A stretch of DNA of 58,610 bases. It comes from a virus (taxonomy: Duplodnaviria > Caudoviricetes). The first letter of the stretch is position 1. Each line of letters starts with the position of its first letter. Under the pieces are notes generated by a model that did not search any database, had not been told where the DNA came from, and saw only the letters and a program-made list of their open reading frames with translations. The stretch is from positions 1 through 58,610 of IMG/VR virus record IMGVR_UViG_3300031716_000009. The stretch is one strand, 5' to 3'. The position numbers and the translations under genes were made by a program. Shown here piece after piece: positions 52,505 through 58,610 of this stretch.

Positions 52505-54194
52505 GCGCCAGCCGCCCAAGTCCCACGCGCGCCATGAGCGGCGGCCGCGCGCGCCGTTCGATCCGGACTTCGATGGGAGTCAGGCCGAGCGGCGGCGCTT
52601 CGTGCCGCTCACGCGCGCCGGCATGGGGCCGATGCCCGGTGAGGACGATGTGCCCACTGCCGGCATCGCGCCTATTCGCATTCGGGAGGTGGACGTGACC
52701 AACGAGGCGATCTCGGGCTCGCCGCTCGATCAGCTGTTCGATCAGCTCGCCGCCTTCGGCGACGATTACGAGGGCTTCGTGCAATGGGCCTTCCCGTGGG
52801 GCGAGCCCGGTACGCCGCTGGCCGACATGGACGGCCCCGAGGCCTGGCAGCGCGACCAGCAGCGCCGCATCTCGGCGGCCGTGCGCGAGGGCGGCCTGGA
52901 GGGCTGCATGGTCGAGGAGGACATCGCCGCGGGCCACGGCGTGGGCAAGTCCGCGCAGGTCAGCTGGCTGATCCTGTGGGGCATCTCCACGTTCGAGGAC
53001 ACGCGCGGCGTGGTCACGGCCAACACCGACCTGCAGCTGCGCACCAAGACCTGGGCCGAGCTCGGGAAGTGGTACAGCCTGTTCATCGCCAAGCACCTGT
53101 TCACGATGACGGCCACGGCCATCTACATCGCCGACGACGAGGAGCGCGCCAAGACCTGGCGCATCGACCAGGTGCCCTGGTCGGCCGAGAAGACCGAGGC
53201 TTTCGCCGGCCTGCACAACCAGGGCAAGCGCCTTCTCCTGATCTTCGACGAGGCCTCCAACATCCACGACAACATCTGGACGGTGGCGCGCGGCGCGCTG
53301 ACCGACGCCAAGACCCAGATCATCTGGGCGCGCTACGGCAACCCCACGCGCACGTCGGGCGAGTTCTTCAACCAGTGCACCAAGCCGCGGCGCCACAAGC
53401 ACTCGACCTACGCCCGCGTGGACAGCCGCACGGTGCGGTTCACCAACCGCAAGGTCATCGACGCGTGGATCCAGGAGTACGGCGAGGATTCGGACTTCGT
53501 GCGGGTGCGCGTCAAGGGCATGTTCCCGCGCGCGGGCTACGACAACTTCATCGCCCCGGGCGTCGTCACCGAGGCGCGCCGGCGCCGGATCGACCCGCGC
53601 ATCTACGCGACCCACCAGAAGTTCCTGTCGATCGACCCGGCGCGGTTCGGCGACGACTCCACGGTCATCACGCTGCGCCAGGGCTTGCGCGTGCCTTGGC
53701 AGCTCGAGCTCAAGGGCTTCGATGGGTTCGACATCGGCAACCGCGCGGTCAACATCGCGCGCGAACACGGGCCGATCTCGGCCATCGTCTACGACGCGAT
53801 CGGCAACGGCGCTGAGCTCGATGGCGTGCTGCGCCGCATCCCGGGCCTGGCCATCCCGCTGATCCCGGTCATGTGGGGCCAGCCGGCCAAGGACGCGCTG
53901 CAGTATTTCAACCAGCGCTCCGAAGCCTGGGGCAAGATGCGCGAGTGGCTCGAGAACGGCCAGATCCCCGACGACGACGAGTTGGCCGAGCAGCTCACGA
54001 GCCTGTCCTACGGCTACGACGGCAAGATGCGAATCCAGCTCGAGGCCAAGAAAGACGCCAAGAAACGCGGCATCTCCTCGCCTGACAAGGCCGACTCGCT
54101 GGCCCTGTCGTTCATCCCCGAGCTGATCGACCGCAAAGTGCACGTGGCCAAGGTGCGCCCGGTCACGCATCGCAAGGTGGTCTGGACGAGGTAG
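52494..54194 (+). CDS. terL: Terminase large subunit (alternative start GTG 52695)
   Basis: AGHGVGKS (Walker A), LIFDEAS (Walker B), GNP, IDPARFGDD, SPDKADSLAL. Confidence 0.93.
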   Translation: MAVERQPPKSHARHERRPRAPFDPDFDGSQAERRRFVPLTRAGMGPMPGEDDVPTAGIAPIRIREVDVTNEAISGSPLDQLFDQLAAFGDDYEGFVQWAFPWGEPGTPLADMDGPEAWQRDQQRRISAAVREGGLEGCMVEEDIAAGHGVGKSAQVSWLILWGISTFEDTRGVVTANTDLQLRTKTWAELGKWYSLFIAKHLFTMTATAIYIADDEERAKTWRIDQVPWSAEKTEAFAGLHNQGKRLLLIFDEASNIHDNIWTVARGALTDAKTQIIWARYGNPTRTSGEFFNQCTKPRRHKHSTYARVDSRTVRFTNRKVIDAWIQEYGEDSDFVRVRVKGMFPRAGYDNFIAPGVVTEARRRRIDPRIYATHQKFLSIDPARFGDDSTVITLRQGLRVPWQLELKGFDGFDIGNRAVNIAREHGPISAIVYDAIGNGAELDGVLRRIPGLAIPLIPVMWGQPAKDALQYFNQRSEAWGKMREWLENGQIPDDDELAEQLTSLSYGYDGKMRIQLEAKKDAKKRGISSPDKADSLALSFIPELIDRKVHVAKVRPVTHRKVVWTR

Positions 54195-54203
54195 CTCAGC
54201 CAC

Positions 54204-54218
54204 TGCTACACTGCGCGG
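54204..54218 (+). promoter_or_regulatory. Putative late promoter, extended -10 TGCTACACT
   Basis: 14-mer identical to 5048-5061, directly after the terL stop. Confidence 0.5.
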
Positions 54219-54288
54219 GCGGCGAATGCCCGGCGGGTCTACATCGCATCCTGCTCGACTCGTCACCCTCCTTGTCGCCGCCCTCTCG

Positions 54289-54314
54289 CGGAACCCGCGC
54301 GTCCACGCGATCCG
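54289..54314 (+). promoter_or_regulatory. GA-ACC / A-UC internal-loop hairpin in the portal leader
   Basis: CGGA-ACC-CGCG-CGTCCA-CGCG-A-TCCG. Confidence 0.45.
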
Positions 54315-54344
54315 GCCTGCCCTCTCACACGGTAGCCCGACCCG

Positions 54345-56501
54345 ATGGCCGCTGCGCAATCCAATCCGCTCGTGCGATCCTTAGGGCTGCAGGAAGTCCT
54401 GCAGCGCGACGCCGCGGCGTCGGTGTCCGAACCCACGCGTGAACTCTCCGGCGACCTGCTGGAATCGGCCTTGGCCGGCCACGTGCGCCTGGCCTGGTCG
54501 CGCAACAAGCTGTCCAAGTGGATCGTCGACCGCAAGCTGCTGGCCGACCTGCGCGCGCGCCGCGGCGTGTACTCGCCCGACGAGGTCGCGCTGATGCAGA
54601 CGGCCTCGGGCGGCGGGATGAACATCATCTACGCGCCGCTGACCGAGACCAAGTGCCGCGCGGCGTCCGCGTGGATCCGCGAGATCGTGCTGCCCGTGGG
54701 CGAGCAGCCGTGGGGCATCGACCCCAGCCCGCGACCCGACCTGCCCAAGGAGCTCAAGCAATCGGTGGTCAACCAGGCACTGACTAAGGCCAAGCAGGTC
54801 ATGGCCCAGGCCCACCAGGCCGGCGCTGGCGTGATGGATGCCGGCGAGTTCCGCGACATGGTGCGCATGATCGGCGACAAGCTGCGCGAGGACGCGGAGA
54901 AGTCGCTCGACAAGATGGCCAAGGACCGCGCCGAGCGCATGGAGAAGGTCATCGGCGACCGACTCGAGGATGGCGGTTACGCCCAGGCCATGGACGGCTT
55001 CGTCGAGGACTTCGTCACGTTCCCGGCGGCGATCCTGAAAGGCCCGATCTACTCGCGCCGCAAGGAGCTGCACTGGGAGGACGGCTGGAAGCCCGTGGTG
55101 CGCGACGTGCCGATCCAGACCTGGTACCGCGTCTCGCCGTTCGATGCCTACCCCGCTGCCGCGGCCACCAGTCCGCAAAAGGGCGACTTCATCGAGCGCA
55201 CGCGGTTCCGCCGCGACGAGCTGTACGACTACAAGGGCATGCCCGGGTGGAAGGACGACCAGATCGACGGCGCGCTGCGCGACTACACGAACGGCCACCT
55301 GGAAGCCTGGCTATGGACCGAGTCCGAGCGCCAGAGGCTTGAACAGGAGACCACGTTCATGTGGCTCGCGCCCCCGGGCGTGATCGACGCGCTGTGCTTC
55401 TGGGGCTCGGTACCCGGCTGGAAGCTCATGAGCTGGGGCCTGGAGGGCCTGGAAGAGACCAAGGATTACGAGTGCAACGTCGTGATCTGCGGCAGCTACG
55501 TGCTGTACGCCGCGCTCAACCCCAGCCTCATGGGCACGCGCCCCTACCGCAAGGCCTGCTATGACGAGATTCCGGGCGCCTTCTGGGGCCGCTCGATTCC
55601 TGACCTGATGCGCACGCCCCAGCAGATGTGCAACTCGACCCTGTGCCGGCTGGCCGACAACCTGTCGATCGCCTCGGGCCCGCAGGTCTGGGTACACGCC
55701 GACCGATTCGCCGATGGCGAGCAGTCCATGGAGATGTTCCCGTGGAAGCTCTGGCAGCTCAAGTCCGACCCGACCCAAGGCGTCAACCCAGGCATCGGCT
55801 TTTTCCAGCCTGACGACCGCTCGGGTCCGCTCATGGCGGTCTACGAGAAGTTCTCGCTCGAGGCCGACGACGCCACGGGCATCCCGCGCTACACCTACGG
55901 CAACGAGCAGTCGGGCGGCTCGGCCGACACGCTGGGCGGCCTGTCGATGCTGATGAACAACGCGGCCAAGGGCCTGCGCCGCGCGATCTCCAACATCGAC
56001 GGCAACGTGATCGCGCCCACGATCAACGACACGTTCGTGCACGAGATGCTCTACAACCCCGACGAGTCGATCAAGGGCGACTGCATCGTGGTGCCGCGCG
56101 GCGCCGCGGCGATCCTGATCCGCGAATCGGCGCAACAACGGCGCTTGCAGTTCCTGACGCTGACGGCCAACCCGATCGACGCGCCCATCATCGGCCCGAA
56201 GCACCGCGCCGCGCTGCTGCGCGCCACTGCCGCGGCGATGGACCTGCCCGCCGATGACGTCGTGCCCACTGATGACGAGATCGACGCCAAGATGCAGGCC
56301 GACGCACAGGCCATGCAGGCCAACCAAGAGCAGCTCCAGCAGATGGAAGCCGCCAAGGAGCAGGCGATCGCCCAGCGCGAGAACATGGCCCAGCAGACCA
56401 AGGCGCTAGGCGGCATCGTGCAGACGGCCGTGGCCAAGGGTCTGGACGCCCATCGCAATAACCAGGGCGCGAGCCCATTGAGTCTCGGAGGCCCGCAATG
56501 A
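54345..56501 (+). CDS. Portal protein
   Basis: 718 aa after terL; FWGRSI, DNL.IASGPQ, D.TGIPRY.YG, T.GGLSMLM. Confidence 0.9.
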   Translation: MAAAQSNPLVRSLGLQEVLQRDAAASVSEPTRELSGDLLESALAGHVRLAWSRNKLSKWIVDRKLLADLRARRGVYSPDEVALMQTASGGGMNIIYAPLTETKCRAASAWIREIVLPVGEQPWGIDPSPRPDLPKELKQSVVNQALTKAKQVMAQAHQAGAGVMDAGEFRDMVRMIGDKLREDAEKSLDKMAKDRAERMEKVIGDRLEDGGYAQAMDGFVEDFVTFPAAILKGPIYSRRKELHWEDGWKPVVRDVPIQTWYRVSPFDAYPAAAATSPQKGDFIERTRFRRDELYDYKGMPGWKDDQIDGALRDYTNGHLEAWLWTESERQRLEQETTFMWLAPPGVIDALCFWGSVPGWKLMSWGLEGLEETKDYECNVVICGSYVLYAALNPSLMGTRPYRKACYDEIPGAFWGRSIPDLMRTPQQMCNSTLCRLADNLSIASGPQVWVHADRFADGEQSMEMFPWKLWQLKSDPTQGVNPGIGFFQPDDRSGPLMAVYEKFSLEADDATGIPRYTYGNEQSGGSADTLGGLSMLMNNAAKGLRRAISNIDGNVIAPTINDTFVHEMLYNPDESIKGDCIVVPRGAAAILIRESAQQRRLQFLTLTANPIDAPIIGPKHRAALLRATAAAMDLPADDVVPTDDEIDAKMQADAQAMQANQEQLQQMEAAKEQAIAQRENMAQQTKALGGIVQTAVAKGLDAHRNNQGASPLSLGGPQ

Positions 56502-58610
56502 GCAATTTCCCCAACCAGGCCGTCGTCTACCTCGAGGGCAATCCCGTCGAGTTGGTCTCGCTGCTGACCGACGCGGCCACGCCGCAGAACTCGCCCAAGG
56601 TGATCAACGGCAGCGAGCGCCGCCAGATCATGCTGTGCGACCCGCTGACCGGCGCGGCGCTCGACCTGCAGAACAACTCCGGTGGCGGCAACGTGGCCAC
56701 CGACAACATCTGGCAGGCCCCCGGCGACATCGTCGTCGGTACGGGGTTCCATACCGCCGCGCGTCTGGCCGTCGGCTCGCCGTTCCAGGTGCCGCAGGTC
56801 AACGCCGCAGGCACCGGCCTGCAGTACGTCACGCTCACAGCCGGCGGCAACGCGCTCACGTCGCAGCCACTGAGCCAGTTCGCGTCCACCACGTCGGCGC
56901 AGTTGGCCGGCGTCATGTCCGACGAGACCGGCACAGGCTCACTCGTCTTCGGCACGTCGCCCACCCTCGTCACGCCTCTCCTGGGGGTGCCGACGTCGGG
57001 CACGCTGACCAACTGCACCGGCCTGCCGATCAGCACGGGTGTCTCAGGTCTGGCGGCCAACGTGGCCGCGTTCCTGGCCACGCCCTCGAGCGTCAACCTG
57101 GCCGCCGCCGTCACCAACGAGACCGGTTCGGGCGCGCTCGTGTTCGCGAACTCGCCGGTGCTGGTCACGCCCAACCTGGGCACGCCGTCGGCGGGCACGC
57201 TCACCAATTGCACGGGCTTGCCCGTGGCCACCGGCATCTCGGGCCTGGGCACTGGCGTGGCCACGGCGCTCGCGGTGGCGGTCACCGGCAGCGGCGCCCC
57301 GGTGCTGGCGACCGCGCCGACGATCTCGGCGGCCACGCTCTCGGGCATCACCGTCACCGACGGCGCCAACGTGACGACGGCCAGCGCGATGGCCGCGCTC
57401 GCGATCGACGTCACCAAGGGCCTGAACACCAAGACGATCGCCGCCGATTCGACCTTCACGTTCAGCGGCACGCCGGCCAACTCCAACCAGTGGTTCTCGG
57501 TGCACGTGACCAACTCGGACACGAACCTGCACACGCTGAGCTTCCCGAGCGCGTTCTCGGTGGTGACGCAGGCCGCGCGCACGAGCTGCCCGATCCCGGC
57601 CAGCGGCCAGCTCTGGCTGATGTTCCGCTATGACGGGTCGACGTACCACGTCTTTGGCGACAGCCCGAACGTGAACAACTTCACCGCGACGACCAATCCA
57701 GCGGTGACCGACGACGGCACCAAGGGCTACGGTGCCGGTTCGCTCTGGGGCAACACGAGCGCCAACACGCTCTACTGGTGCGAGAGCAACGCCACCGGCG
57801 CCGCGGTGTGGAACCAGGTCGCCGGCACGGGCTCGGGCGACATGCTGCTGGCCAGCGCGCAGACCGTCACGGGCGCCAAGACGTTCAACGACGCGACACT
57901 CGTGCTGGCCGGCTCGACCAGCGGCACGCTGACGTTGCACGCCATCGCTGTGGCGGGCACCGGCTCGCTCACGTTCCCCGCGGGTACCGACACGCTGGTG
58001 GGCAAGGCGACGACCGACACGCTGACCAACAAGACGCTGACCAGCCCGACGATGACCACGCCGGTGCTGGGCACGCCCGCCAGCGGCACGCTCACGAACT
58101 GCACGGGCCTGCCTGTGTCGACCGGTGTCTCGGGCTTGGCAACGGGCGTGGCCACGCTGCTGGCCACGTTCTCGAGCGCTAACCTGGCCGCGGCGCTCAC
58201 TGACGAGACCGGCAGCGGCGCGGCGGTGTTCGCCACGTCGCCTACGCTCGTCACGCCGCTGCTGGGCACGCCCACTAGCGGCACGCTGACCAACTGCACG
58301 GGCCTGCCGGTGTCCACCGGCATTTCCGGGCTGGCCGCGGGCGCCGCGACGTTCCTGGCCACGCCCTCGAGCGTCAACCTGGCCGCGCTGATGACCGACG
58401 AGACCGGTTCGGGCGCCAACGTGTTCGCCAACACACCCACGCTGGTCACCCCGATCCTGGGCACGCCCACCAGCGGCACGCTCACCAATTGCACGGGCCT
58501 GCCGGTGTCCACCGGCATCTCGGGCCTGGGCACGGGTGCCGCGACGTTCTTGGCCACGCCCACGAGTGCGAACCTGGCGGCGATGCTGACCGACGAGACC
58601 GGCACGGGCG
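56498..58610 (+). CDS. 5' part of an 836-aa repetitive fibre-like virion protein (continues at 128-525 across the junction; absent from ORF track)
   Basis: ATGA overlap with portal stop, SD GGAGG; open frame to the window end. Confidence 0.85.
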   Translation, partial: MSNFPNQAVVYLEGNPVELVSLLTDAATPQNSPKVINGSERRQIMLCDPLTGAALDLQNNSGGGNVATDNIWQAPGDIVVGTGFHTAARLAVGSPFQVPQVNAAGTGLQYVTLTAGGNALTSQPLSQFASTTSAQLAGVMSDETGTGSLVFGTSPTLVTPLLGVPTSGTLTNCTGLPISTGVSGLAANVAAFLATPSSVNLAAAVTNETGSGALVFANSPVLVTPNLGTPSAGTLTNCTGLPVATGISGLGTGVATALAVAVTGSGAPVLATAPTISAATLSGITVTDGANVTTASAMAALAIDVTKGLNTKTIAADSTFTFSGTPANSNQWFSVHVTNSDTNLHTLSFPSAFSVVTQAARTSCPIPASGQLWLMFRYDGSTYHVFGDSPNVNNFTATTNPAVTDDGTKGYGAGSLWGNTSANTLYWCESNATGAAVWNQVAGTGSGDMLLASAQTVTGAKTFNDATLVLAGSTSGTLTLHAIAVAGTGSLTFPAGTDTLVGKATTDTLTNKTLTSPTMTTPVLGTPASGTLTNCTGLPVSTGVSGLATGVATLLATFSSANLAAALTDETGSGAAVFATSPTLVTPLLGTPTSGTLTNCTGLPVSTGISGLAAGAATFLATPSSVNLAALMTDETGSGANVFANTPTLVTPILGTPTSGTLTNCTGLPVSTGISGLGTGAATFLATPTSANLAAMLTDETGTG
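57008..58610 (+). repeat. 195-bp (65-aa) imperfect repeats in two blocks
   Basis: TNCTGLP starts at 57008, 57203, 58094, 58289 and 58484. Confidence 0.9.

Noticed and set aside
58484-58610. 127-bp terminal repeat as a biological DTR
   Set aside because: It falls mid-gene and 127 is a common assembler k-mer size; more likely a circular overlap
1-58610. Temperate lifestyle or integrated prophage
   Set aside because: No integrase, ParA, CI or host genes recognised; a lytic lifestyle is likely but not provable from sequence

Overview
The window appears to be one complete, circularly permuted, GC-rich tailed-phage genome. Bases 1-127 are identical to 58484-58610, which gives a unit length of 58,483 bp. 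The architecture is podovirus-like. Late genes on + are terS, terL, portal, four fibre/depolymerase-like genes, scaffold, major capsid, adaptors, tailspike, nozzle, ejection proteins and a holin/endolysin/embedded-spanin cassette; the spanins imply a Gram-negative host. A leftward operon encodes a Cas4-like DUF2800 nuclease, DUF2815 SSB, PolA, VRR-NUC, an SNF2 helicase and a DUF5664 diphosphohydrolase, followed by a glycosyltransferase/methyltransferase cluster. A rightward operon encodes a Cro-like protein, HNH nucleases and an AEP-VirE primase-helicase. Small early genes complete the genome. I see no integrase, CI repressor, RT or CRISPR array. The most unusual features are: (1) two anticodon-less tRNA-like elements with 13-bp acceptor/T helices in the replication operon; (2) a ~100-nt structured transcript with its own promoter and terminator where a CI gene would normally lie; (3) a Cas4-like nuclease split into two genes, with a C-terminal DDD(D/E)DLAG-type motif shared with TerS; (4) a glycan-modification cluster with its own promoter, carrying the same operator palindrome as the early switch; (5) a repeated ACC/A internal-loop RNA motif in the portal and scaffold leaders; (6) a nuclease gene lying between a duplicated primase N-terminus and the primase. 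All family assignments are by eye from motifs and synteny; no searches or folding programs were run.
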